NCBI RefSeq assembly: GCF_036321535.1
Contig: NC_087447.1
Span: 34,040,001-34,104,000, forward strand
Length of the DNA stretch: 64,000 bases
From: Camelus dromedarius
Lineage: Eukaryota
Direction: 5' to 3'
Positions within the stretch are counted from its first letter, which is position 1; the number at the start of each line of letters is the position of its first letter. Of this stretch, positions 52,581 through 64,000 are shown piece after piece. Under the pieces are notes generated by a model. That model was not told the DNA's origin. It ran no database searches and worked only from the letters and a program-made list of their open reading frames with translations. The translations under genes and the position numbers were made by a program.

Positions 52581-54734
52581 TAAGACACATTCACTGCTAT
52601 GGGAAGCAGGGATGTAGATACACCAAAGGAAAGTCACTCAGCTCTGTTGCCCGGTTCAGAAATCTCCCTCTGCCGCTTACATTTTATGTAATTTCTTTAG
52701 CAAACTTAGCATTTAAAAAATCCTTATGTCTAGCCCATGGGAGCTCCAACGACCTTACAGCTCATCTGTTGCAGGTTTTAGAGATTTTGTTTAGACTTCA
52801 CTGAGTTCAACAAGCACCCACCTTCACGCAACTCATTTTCAATAATCAAACCCTAAATCTTATACAGGGTTGGTTGGCTGTCTGCTTAACTGAGATTATC
52901 CTACAAGTTTTGATCTGAAAATAAACTTAGGTGCCATGTGGCTCAATTCCCTCATTTTGTGGGTGAGTTCTGGCAGAGAGAAAGTAACTTGCATGAGATC
53001 ACAGAGTTCAATGACAGATCCAAGGTGAGACCTCAGATCTCCAGCCCCCAACCCATGTTTTGCTTTACCCCTCTCCCTCCCTCCTGCCTCTCTTCTTATA
53101 GGCCAGGGATTCCAAATTCCCATCCCAAAGTCAGGGAGGTCTCATGGACACCTGTGCAGCGAAGCAGGGCCATGAAATCTCATTTGTTACCAAATGCTGC
53201 AGGAAGGAACAGAAAAGATGGTTGAACAGGATGGAAGTGATCAGAAGGGAAGCAAGGTAGAGTGCTCTTATCCATTTAAAAAAAAAAAAAAAAAGCAGTA
53301 ACATCACAGCAATCGAGGAAAAGGATCAATTCTATTTACACGAAGCACTTTAAGGTAATGAAAAGTGCTTCCAGCATTACTACCCTATTTCAAAACATTT
53401 ATCAGATGCCAGGGAAATTAAGCATGTGCAGGCACACAGACCGTTTGGTGCAAATGGTTTATCTAGCAAAATACCCAGGGGAAAAAAGATCTGAGGAACT
53501 TCAATTTTCAACTGCCAAGTAGATCAAAGACACAAGCAGCAGAAAAAGAAATACACAAGTCTAAATTTAGTCATCTCCCACACTGGCGACCTTCTTTTCC
53601 AGAGCGTGTTGGCGGCTGCGTGGACACAGCATGGTGTGAATGATTTTCACCGGACCCTCTGTCTTTGCCTGAGCAAAGTCCTAAGGGTCATGCTGAAGGT
53701 GCTGATTTGCAAGTATGCTCTGCTCGTGTCTCTGAAATTGCTCTCAGGGGACAGGGAAAGCTCTGGAAGGTTTTGGACTCAAGAAGTAACTGAGGAAAGG
53801 ACAACAAAGGTAAGAGAGAAAGGACTCACAAATGAAGGCAGACACACACACTTTGGTGAAAATGAAAATTCACCGTGAAAGAAAACTGAACATTTCAATA
53901 AGGAGGCCTCTCTAGTAATGGAAAAGCAGACTAACTGATTTAAGCTTGAAATACACAGACTGAGATTTCTGAAACATCTGGTTTCTGCTCCCCTGGGTCC
54001 ACAAAACAGGGCTCCCACACTGACGCGTCTCCTCTGACGAACACAAGGGATAAAGCACAATGATGTTCTTCTCCCATTGTGTGGACGGAAAACATTTTGA
54101 CACATTCTAAATGGCACCATAAAGCAAAGGATCCATGGTGTGGGGCAGGGTGTAGCAGGCGGTTACTGTAATGCAGGCTGATGTGGGCAGCCCATCACGG
54201 CAGCCACCCCGGACAGGTGGCGGCTCCACACCCCGGTACCCACCTCTCCACGCCCCTGCTGCAGCCACTCATCAGCGGGCTCAGGCACCAGGCTCAGTGG
54301 AGATAAATAAATACCCAACCCGACTTACCTTTCAAAGGAGAACTGACTTCTTCAAGGACTGGCTTTTGTCCTCCAGCCAACCTGTCAAACCTATCTTCTC
54401 CTGGTGACCGTGAATACACCCGGCTGGCTAAATTTAGACTTTGAGAGCCTTTTCTAACCTGCCATTTCACTCCAGAGAAGGGCAGGTCAGTTTCTCCAGG
54501 GAAAATCATACTGCCAACCCCATCAGTGTGGGGAGATGTGGGTGGGTCCTAAGGGGGCTCACAGATTCCCTGGTCCTTGCCCAACACCGCCGGGAAAAAT
54601 TCCTTTCACACGCTCTGGGCATAGGGGCAGTGAGTCTCATTTTAAAGACTTCCAGGAAAGGAAGTCCACCATGTTACTCAATAACCCAATTCTTCTGTAT
54701 TCTACAGAGTCCTTACTGATGCTCTCTGGGAGAC

Positions 54735-54925
54735 AAGAAGAAAACGGTCTCTGGAGCCCAGGGTTCCAGCCTCAGCTCACCTCCAACGGTGTGCAGGTTA
54801 CTTAACCTCCATGCACCTCAGTCTCCCCATCTGTAAAATGAGCAGACCTCACCGGAGTAAGTGAGGGTTAAGTGAGTAAATCTGGGTACAGTGCCTGGCT
54901 CATAGCAAGTGCTGCGTAAATGTCG
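54735..54925 (+). mobile_element. MIR SINE
   Basis: ctctggagcc...gcaggttacttaacctcc...cctcagtctccccatctgtaaaatg...cagtgcctggctcatagcaagtgct. Confidence 0.72.
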
Positions 54926-55275
54926 CTGCTGCCACTCCTATTAACCCAGCTTCTCCAGCTGTCTGGCCTCAGGCAAGTTCACCTCTCTCACACAGACTCT
55001 GCAGGAAGGAGTCTGGCAGGATGAAATGAGGGGAAGTCCCAGAGCCCGGAGCCCACTGTCGGGCACACAGGGAGTGCTCAGAGATCCCATTCCCTTTGCT
55101 GTGGTCCAGAGCCTCTGCTCTTACCCACTGCACTTCACCTCGGGTTCAAGGACTTGAATCAAAAGAGTATGAGAGGGAAAAAAAGGTGGATGAGAAACCG
55201 CGACTCCCCAAAGCCCATCTGGTGGCATGTGGAGTAAAAGCAGTGGCCAGCGCAGGCCAGGGTCAGGGCTAACGC

Positions 55276-55350
55276 TTTCTTTCTAAATGGAGGTGCTGGG
55301 GATTGAACCCAGAACCTCATGCATGCTAAGCACATGCTCTACCACTGAGC
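55276..55350 (-). mobile_element. tRNA-derived SINE (Vic-1-like), slightly 5'-truncated
   Basis: Reverse complement reads GCTCAGTGGTAGAGCATGTGCTTAGCATGCATGAGGTTCTGGGTTCAATCCCCAGCACCTCC followed by an A-rich tail. Confidence 0.82.
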
Positions 55351-56639
55351 ATGCTGTGTGACTCCAGAGAAATGACCTAGCCTCTCTGAGTCAGTTGCAT
55401 CCTCTATAACTTGAAGGTGATGGCAACAGTAGTTTTCCCCTCACAGACAGATATACAGATGAAATGGAATGTCAATACAGATCTCATTTGAATCCAGCCC
55501 CACTGGTTACAAGCTCTACTCCCCCACCTGTAACATCGAACTCACCAGCCAGGCTATGATGTGCACTAATGCACGACTTAGAGCACCCTGCACAGGAGAG
55601 GGGTGGGAAGTACTTGTCATTTTCCACCCTCAGTGACCTCAGAGCCCTACCTCTCCCCTCCCCGACCCTGCCCCTACTTGGAGTGTTCTGGGCCTGTTCT
55701 CTGGTTGCCTGTGGGAGATCTCGTTGCTTAGGACAGAAAGCATTTCTCCAGCCTTCTCTCCTCCTGTTGGTGGGACGGCTGCGGCCCCCTCTGTTTTACA
55801 GCCCAATTATGGCAGGACACCCTGGTCACTGGGTGTTTGTGTAGTGTTTAATCATTAGGAGGTGGCCAGTCCCAATGCTGTAAGCCCAGGGCATCTACAG
55901 ATAAGTCAGCTATTGTTTCCAGTGTCTGTGTTCAGAAGGCTTCTCTAAAGGGCACAGAGGTGACCTCTGGCACAGCCTGGAGCTGGGGGAGGTGACTTCT
56001 GAAGGGCACAGTGGGACATGGAAACTAGAGGTGAGGCTTTAAGTATCCAAGTGAAGCACCAACCAGCCTGGAAAACACACAGTCAGTGTGCAGAGAAAGG
56101 ACAGCCTTTCCCTCCATCCCATTTCCCTCCCTGCCAAACTTACATTACTCCTTATCCTCCTCACCACGTACATATCCCACTTGTTTCCCAAGATCCACCT
56201 TAAGTCCCCTCTCCTCCAGAAATCCTGCTCAGCCTACCCTCTGCTCCAGCGCTCTCGTTCTGACCCCTGAACCAGAAGGCATCGGCATTGCCCTGCCCAC
56301 GCTGCCCTCTCCCACAGTTGCTCACAACCCGGTCTTTGAGATAATGAAAAAGCCTTTGGTATTTTTACAGAAGGTGCCACTCCAGACTCCTTACCTACAG
56401 GGCTAGCTCAGCACCCCACACATGCCAAGTCCCTGGTGAGTGCTACACCAGCTGGATGGGACAGCCACGCCTGAGTCATCTCAGTCAGGCTGGCACCTGG
56501 TTGTCACCAAAGACCTCCTCAGTGCCACCCACCCTGCTCAGGGCTGAGTCAGTGCTGAGAGTGAAAAAAACAAGTGTTCGTAGTGAAAAAAGCCAAGTTC
56601 TCCAGCTGGGGAGACATAGCTCATCCGGCTAACACTGGA

Positions 56640-57185
56640 GTTCAGTTCAACAGGTGTTGACTGAGCATGTACTCTGTGCCAGACACTATGTTATCAGGTC
56701 CTGGAAACGCAATGATAAAATAAGATAATCTCTGCCTTCAAGCTTAGAGAAGATAGAAAAAAAAAAATAGTCGAGATTTTGTTGGAAGTGAAAGGATTGC
56801 ATGGAGTCCTTCCGGGAGCTCTGAGGAAGAAAACTTATAATGTCTGAGATGTCTAGTAAGGCGATGTTGGAACTGAACGCTGAAAGAAGTGCATGTGTCA
56901 GCCTGGCAAAGGCTGGCAGGAGAGGGCACTCCAGCAGAAGGCACAGAGACGGACAGCACCGTGCAGCGTGCCAGGGACCGAAGAGTTTGGTGCCGTGGAC
57001 CATGAAGTGGGAGTCGAGAGGCTGGCGTGGCAGCAGTGGCCAAGGCTGAGTGGACCGATCCAGAGGCTTGCACTTAATTCTCTGCGAAGCAGGGCCACGA
57101 AGGGTTTTAAGCAGGTGGGTGATGCACATGGTCAGACCTACACTTGGGGAGGATCACCGTGGCTGTGCTGGGGCTGGTGCGTGGA
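56640..57185 (-). mobile_element. LINE-2 fragment
   Basis: ttcaacaggtgttgactgagcatgtactctgtgccagacactatg...ccagcagaaggcacag...agggttttaagcagg...ggatcaccgtggctg. Confidence 0.65.
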
Positions 57186-58227
57186 GTAAAAGGACAGTGG
57201 TGGTGCGAGCTGAGGGGCTGTGCCAGGAAACGCAGCACATGAAGCGGGTGAATGGGGGATGCTGAGAAAGAGTCCCGGCTCTCTGGCTCCAGGGGAGCTC
57301 AAATCTGAAGTCTGGGAGCTGACCTCTGTGGCACCAGAGTGGCTGAGTCATTAGCATGACAAGCGCTGCTTGTGGACAGACATCCTCCCCTACAGACTTC
57401 CTGCAGGGACACTCAAGGCCAGGGCCCCTATTAGCTCCACCAGCTTTCTGGTTTTGCCCTGCTAGCCCTTTATTCCAGATCATTAAGAGCATAGCCCTCT
57501 GGGAGGGTACCTCGGGGCCTTTGTTTAAAGTGAGAAGCAAGGACATTTAATTGCCTCAGCTAGACACTCTGCTTTACTCTGGGCTCCCCTCCCCTCTACC
57601 CCCTGCCTGGTCAGTACCCCAAGCCCTCCCAGGGCAGCTTCAGGCCGCAGCTTGTGTCTTGAAACATAATCAGTCTGCGTTTTGAGGCCCTCTGTAAATC
57701 ATGGCTCTGATCTTTACTTCCAAAAGCAGAGCTGGAATTATAGCTTGGCTCAGAGAGACATTCAAATCCACAGGGTCATAAACCCTTTCAAGTTCTGTTT
57801 CAAGACCTTTGCTGGGGATTTTAACAGGTTTGCACCTCTGATGTTGTTACACTGTGGTTAGTCTGCTGGGTTCCAGAGTGGGACCTCCTGCCAGGACGTG
57901 GAGTGTGCCGACTACTTCAGCTTTTGCCAATTACCCGTGGGGGTCTCAGGCCTTAAATTGCATCTTCTGCTTTTTCTCCCACCATCATTCCTCAAGGACA
58001 GGAGAAGCAGGGGGACAGTAGCTGAGTGAGACTGCCCCCCAAAGCCAAATCACAAAGAGAAGGGTAGGTTGTGGCACAGAAGTGATATAGGCAGGTGGCC
58101 ACAGCGCTGGACCTAGGGCTGGCAAGACCCACACTTACATCCTAGATCCCGGATTTAGGCACTTCATCCTTTCTGTGCCTCTCCTTCCTCGTCTGTGCAC
58201 CTGGCTTCTAAAGCAAACATGCAGGCA

Positions 58228-58317
58228 GTGGGTGAGTAGAGCTCAGTGGCAGATCACACGCTTAGCATGCATGAGGCCCTGGGTTCAGCCCCCAGTACCT
58301 CCATTAACAACAACAAA
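58228..58317 (+). mobile_element. tRNA-derived SINE (Vic-1-like), diverged, inserted into a MIR
   Basis: AGCTCAGTGG...GCTTAGCATGCATGAGGCCCTGGGTTCAGCCCCCAGTACCTCC with a (CAA)n/A tail. Imperfect TSD aaagcaaa(ca/tg)tgca at 58210-58223 and 58318-58331. Confidence 0.8.
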
Positions 58318-61300
58318 AAAGCAAATGTGCAAAGCATTTAGGAGAATACCTAAAACACAGTAGGTGCTCGATCAATGAGAGCAGCTGTTGCCAACATGAG
58401 ACTCAGAGGCCAGAACTACAGATTGCAGGCTGCCAACAGTCCTTGGAGGAGTTTAGACAGCCTCCCAAGGGACCTCCATCCCTCGTGTGCCCCGAGCTTT
58501 CACGAGCTGCTCCCACACTGAAAACGGAAAAATGATGCCTTCTCCCTGCAAGAGCTCCTACAGCACAAAGCAGAGGGCACCTGGAGATCCACCCTCATCT
58601 GCCCGGACAGTACGTAGCTTCTGGCTGATGGGAGGAAACCAGAGTGGCTTCTGCACGCGCTACCTGTGCACCCTGCAGATGACGACCCGCCAGAGTGCCA
58701 CCCAAGGTGCCCGGCGGTGCTGCTGCGTGTCTCCTCCAGCGCTGCAACTGCCGTGCTCTCATGGGTTAATCATGGTCCACGTCCAGGAAGCCCGAGGAGG
58801 CAGCAAAGGAGGACTGTTTAATTTTTTTAGCCTCGTTTTGCTACCAGTAAGGTTGGGAGTCCCTCTCCCCAAATCTCAGGGTAAGCTGAAGGGAGAGGCG
58901 GTGATAGAAGTCCTTGAGTCAGGGGGTTTGAGGCCACTGAGCCATGCAACCAGCTCATTTCCCTCAGTCTCCATTTAATCTCCTCCATACAAGCTTGCAA
59001 CATCCCTCAAAATGTCAGTCTCTTCAGATCTCATTTCAGGCAATTTTACAGTCCTGAGCACCAAGGATTAATGAGGGAGATAAATCAAAGCGTGCAATGG
59101 ACGAGGGGAAACAACGGGGCTGGAGCGCACACAGCCAGCCGACCTCCTGTGCCTGACATCCCGAGACACGAAAGCCACAGGGATCTCTACAGCAGAGCCC
59201 ACTCCTGGAGAAGACGGCTGCAGGCAGACCCTGAAGGCCACCAGGTGTGACCAGGAGGACAAAGGCAATTTTGAAGCCTCTGTCGGAGGTCCTGGCACTG
59301 AAAAAGCTGAATGTTCCTAAGAGGAAAACACTCCTCCCACAGCTTCAAGCGTCCCTAAAATCCTCCTAAGGAAGGACAAACATTCCCTCGGTGGCAGCAG
59401 GGCCTGGCCGGAGCCTCACCCTCAGATGGGGACATGAGACCTGGAGGGGGACTGTCTTAAAGGTCAGTGGTCCCCATGCTGTCACCTTTGTGAGCACCTC
59501 AGTTGGTATAAAGCACCTAGGATATGCTCACCCATTGCTCATGAGCTCTCAGCGAGGGCCGCCTTTCTGGAGGGATGCCATCGAGTCTCTGAACAAAGAG
59601 GGAGGCATGCCCAGTGATGGAAAGCAAAGGGTCTGTGCCCGGAGACCTGAATTCAAATCCTGACTTTGCCCCTTCCGGCACTGCGGCTTTGGGAAGAAGC
59701 GTCACCTTTCAGGGCCTGTTCCCTTATATGTAAAGTTCATGGTCTTGTATAAACCCAGTCAGTCCCAGTTTTGCCCTCCAGGACTCCGATATACCATACA
59801 AAGCCTTCCAATCACATAAAAATCACAGGGCAGGGCTCCAAGTTCCCTGACACTGCCCATTCCCAAGGCTAACAGCCCTGCTCTGGACAGGCAGAGCCCC
59901 TGCTAGAGCTGATTTAGGGAGCAATGTACTTCCAAGTCTCATTAAATCCCGAGTCAAAACACTCACCCAAATAAACACAATTCACTGCTTATCGGTCACT
60001 TGGAATTTTATCTGGATGAAAATAAGACTACAATCCTATGAGCTTCCACTCCTAATATAATTTTGGTGAAGTTCCAAGTTAGAGCAAAAATCCATCGTCA
60101 TGTATGGAAGGCACATGGCCCCCCTACTCCTGATTGCAGCTCTGTCTGCCCTGCGCTCCCCTTTGGGAAGGTTTCACTTGGCCCTTCAGCCCTGGGCACT
60201 CTGCTGTGCCTGCCATCAGCAACTAACTGCCTCTCCCGCTAAGTGCCTCTCAGCTTAGCTCTGAAGCCCAATGAGGATGGACAATGAGGCTTTCTCGCCT
60301 CTGGAAGAGGTCTGCTCATGCAGAAGACAGCCCCTCAGCCTGCTGGGTCTGCACACTCCAGGGGCCCTGCACAAGCCCCATGCTCCTAACTGAAACACCA
60401 TCACACGACGACACCCTTCACTGGGACCATCAGAGACCGTAACGTTCGTGGGGTCTCGCCCCGCGTGGATGAGTCACAGTCCTGAGTCATTCTGTAACTG
60501 TCCTTCAAGCGACAAACAAGAACACTGAATCCCAGGAGCTCAAGGACCTTAAACACCAGCAGGTCTGGCCACACGGATGAAGGAATGGTAGGAGCAGGGA
60601 GGGGGAGGCATCTTGTCCAAGATGCTCAACGGTGGCAGAACTGGATCTCTGATAAGGCCTCTTGGTTCCGAGTGCACTCCCTCCCTTAGCGCATGGGCTG
60701 CATTCATCCTCACCAAAGAGATGTGTGTGGTTTCATCAGTTACTCAGAGTTCCTGCTTCCCAAACACACGCTGAGATGACTTTGCTCCCCGAAGCCTGGA
60801 GGACAGAGGGTCTCTGGGCCCCTAACAATCTCCCCGGCCTCGACTGGCAGAGTGAGGGCTGCAGCTGATGCTCCTGAAAGGCTGTTTCACCCAGCCCTGC
60901 ATGGTAAGCCTCTCTTAGGAGAGGCAGCCTTGGGAAAATACATTTACATGCAAGGTAATCTTGGATGAAAACTCTGGGCAGGCACAGCTGTCCAGCATGA
61001 GCAACTGAAAGGTTACACTGTGACAAGGGACACTTCTCCACAGCCGGTGGAAGGGCTGCCTTTATGCACCAGCCTTATTTCAATCAGCTTTTAAGATTTC
61101 AGTCTCAGAAATCTCAGCTAGGCTGCTCTTCAAATGCGACAAAGGATATTAAAGGAAACAAAGGGAAAATCCGAAACTGATGAAGAGATAAGCAGGCCTA
61201 TTCTGACCCTGGGTAATGTTTCTAAAGGATCTCTCCAATCATCACTGACAGGAAAAGTAACCTCCCGCACTTTATTACAGTAACAGCATGTTCTCAAGGT

Positions 61301-61399
61301 AGGACAACATTTAGCCTTCAAGGCTACCCTGGCCCTTCCAGAGCACACAGATTCTCTGACACTTGGCACATGGAGTTATGATGGCTCATTGAGGCTTCT

Positions 61400-61510
61400 C
61401 TCCTATCTATTTGACCGCAAGCTTCTTGAGGGCAGGGAGCGGGGACTATGTCTTACTCACCAGGATCCCCAGGGCCTGGTGCATAGTAGGTGCTTTGTCA
61501 ATGTTGAACA
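61400..61510 (+). mobile_element. LINE-2 3' terminus
   Basis: aagcttcttgagggcaggga...gcctggtgcatagtaggtgctttgtcaatgttgaa. Confidence 0.6.
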
Positions 61511-61839
61511 ATCATCATTGCTTGCTATAAGTTGTCACATATCAAGACACTGTCCAAATACTTTGTTGAAATACAAACGACCCAGAGCATTGTTTTAAAT
61601 TCCTCAGCCAATTCGGTCACCGCGTTCCTCATCCATGTGCTCACTCCCCCGACTGAGGGGAGCTGCTGGGGGCCATCAGCCAGATGGCACAGCATGGTCC
61701 CTGGCGTCTGAGAGCTATGTAGTAAATCTGTGACAAACTGCATGATACAGAGTTGGTTAAATAACGGAGGGGGGCTGGCATTAGGCTCAGGCTGCCACTT
61801 GCATGTAATAAAACAATGACAGTCACTAAGCCGTTCTCC

Positions 61840-62178
61840 ATGTGTTTTTTGTTCTCACAGGCACCCACCAAAAATGTCCTTCTCTTCACCTTTGAATTTA
61901 AGTGTAGCCCTGTGACTTCCTTTGGCCAATGACAAGTGAGTGGAAGTTAAAGGAGCCATTCCAGGGCAGAAGCTTTAAGAGACACTATGTGGTTCACCAC
62001 GCTCTTCTCTTTGTCATGGGGACTGTCATTGCTCTACATAGCTGTCCTTCTGGGATGCTCAGTCCTAGGGTGAGAATGATGTACAACATAGCCTTCCACT
62101 GCTCTACAATGGCCAGATAGTGAGGGTGGGTTTGGGGAGTTATTTGTTACACAGCATAACCCAGCCTATCCTGATGGA
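61840..62178 (+). mobile_element. ERVL-MaLR (MLT1-type) solo LTR remnant
   Basis: tgtgacttcctttggccaatg..agtgagtggaagt, ccagggcagaagctttaaga, and the terminal tttgttacacagcataacccagcctatcctga. Confidence 0.7.
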
Positions 62179-63144
62179 TGCAAAGACTTGCCCAGGTACC
62201 CAGATTAAAACCCATGATGTGATTTTCTGTTGCAGGGCACAGGTGTAGTCAGATTCTGACCTGGGATTGGGGGGGGGGGGGTTGCCCAAGCTTTGGGTTG
62301 CTGGGGGAGGAACCACAGAAAAAGACTTTTCTCTCTGTCCACTAGTTACTGCTTTTGTATTGCTAGATGTCTTCTCATCCATACCTGGAACAATCATCAC
62401 GTCTCCAAATTACCTTTAAATAACTACTGAAAAGGCACCACTTTTGGAAAACGTACTTTGGGGGAGTAACTGTCCTCCCAGCTCCCAATCACGCACACAC
62501 TCCGCTGTGCTTCTATGATGACGTAGCCCAGAGCAAAGCTCTGAAGTTGGGTGACATTAGGGAGCAGAAGATTCCTGTGGGGCCACTACACTGCTTTTTT
62601 TTTTTTTTTTTAAGTGAAAATACTGCATGCACAAGAAATGATACCCCACACAGCATTCTTGCCCTTCTCTTTACAGCCCCCTGGGAGAATTCCTTTGTGG
62701 CTTAAGGTGCAGATGGTTTGCTTCCTGTCAGCAAAACCCCCCTGTTCAGCACAGGTGGCCCCTGCCCACCTCTTCCACAAGCAGTAGCTCTGACTTAAAA
62801 AAGGAAGCCCCTGGAAGCAGCAGAAAAGAGGCCCTTGGGAAAGGCCGAGGCAGTAATTATTACCCCGTTACCACAGAAGTAGAGGTTTGCCTCTAAGGCT
62901 CCTTTTGTGAGCTTTAAAATGAAAGCGGCTTTCACTCTCTCCTACTTTGTTTCTCTTGCTACACACAAGCAGGACAAGAAAGGGGAATGGGGTGGGAAGG
63001 AAACAATGAAGATCACTGATGCTGGGGGCCTTGCGAGAGGCATCTTCTTATTCCAAGAAAATGAGTACAACCCTGGAATGCAGGACTCTGAAAGCGCTCG
63101 GGGGCACTGGTGGGTATCACAGGCAGAAGGAGCTGGCAAGAAGA

Positions 63145-63224
63145 ATGAGAGAGCAAGAGAGGGGAAGGGCTGGGGGTGAGAGAGAGAGATGGAGAAGCGG
63201 GGAGAGGGGGAGAAGGGGAGAGGG

Positions 63225-63281
<57 letters not shown>
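63145..63281. repeat. Polypurine tract ending in a (GA)n microsatellite
   Basis: G/A-rich stretch with a perfect (AG)n run at about 63229-63280. Confidence 0.93.
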
Positions 63282-63285
<4 letters not shown>

Positions 63286-64000
63286 TCAAGTGATGGAGCC
63301 AAGCAAAGCAAAATGAAGACAAAATAGTACTGGACTAATTGGGAAGGGGGTTGGGAGCGGGAGGAAGGCCAAGTTCATTTTCACTTAGGCCAGCAGGAAG
63401 CTCAGTGCTGAATTACCACACAAATGCAACCGTGGAGGGCCTTACGGTTGGTACATCTGTACTCTCAATTTTCTCCCTTTTCTACGTGTCATAGTCTAAC
63501 TTACATTTCTCCCTTGCCCTAACACTTCATTCTTTTAATTCACAATTGTCCTTTTGTTATACGTTGTTACTCTAAGCTGTTATAGAAAGAAGAGGGCTTA
63601 GTTATTAGTTAATTAATTAAACATAAAGGAAAGAAAACTGCAAAGTAGTAGAACCCAGATTGCCCTTAACAGCTTACAGGATGGAAGAACCATCAGAGTA
63701 TTGATCTTTGTTCGGTACTTTATAAAGCACTTTCCCCCATCAACTCGGGGGCTCCTCACAGCAGTCCTGTGAGGCACATGGGAATTCCATCCTCATTTTT
63801 GAGACAAAACCCTGAAACTCAGGGGTTTTCACCACACCCAGGTCTCCTTACAGCAAACTCTACATCTTCCCTTTACACCACAGCTGCCTCTTGAAACAGA
63901 AATGAGTTGGTCTGTCTCAGCGCTGCCCAAAAGAACGTCCACAGTGATGAGATGTTGTCTATCTATTGCAGAGGGTCTGCACTCCCCAACAGGGTGGCCC

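Larger units (their letters stand above)
1..64000 (-). other. NAV2: NAV2 gene body (partial; continues beyond both window ends)
   Basis: Nine phase-compatible exons translate to peptides I recognise as NAV2. No terminal exon or canonical N-terminal exon is present. Confidence 0.95.

Noticed and set aside
62942..63327. ER-rich and SL-rich ORFs
   Set aside because: They are translations of the (GA)n microsatellite.
1..64000. Prokaryote-type novel system (operon, defence locus, retron)
   Set aside because: The window is a spliced mammalian gene with mammalian interspersed repeats and has no gene-dense prokaryotic segment.

Overview
This is mammalian genomic DNA lying inside the NAV2 (neuron navigator 2) gene on the minus strand. 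Three tRNA-Ala-derived SINEs resembling the camelid Vic-1 family suggest a camel, alpaca or llama. Nine internal coding exons can be placed with GT-AG boundaries and compatible phases (27750-27888, 19338-19629, 17901-18603, 14704-15171, 14038-14103, 12601-12645, 9998-10158, 8376-8564, 2199-2251). They splice into one uninterrupted frame encoding the Ser-rich middle region, and the gene runs past both window ends. Positions 27889-64000 are one large intron. It holds a probable alternative first coding exon (MLWPRNLT, 40809-40834) preceded by an ATG-TAG-TGA start-stop element, and a second candidate first exon near 36847-36927. A candidate 78-nt in-frame cassette exon lies at 7731-7808. The rest is MIR, L2, L1, LTR and DNA-transposon remnants and microsatellites. 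Nearly all ORF-track entries are spurious. I found no CRISPR array, rRNA, true tRNA or prokaryote-type system; the most interesting signals concern NAV2 isoforms and regulation. All assignments were made by eye and from recalled sequences, and repeat boundaries are approximate.
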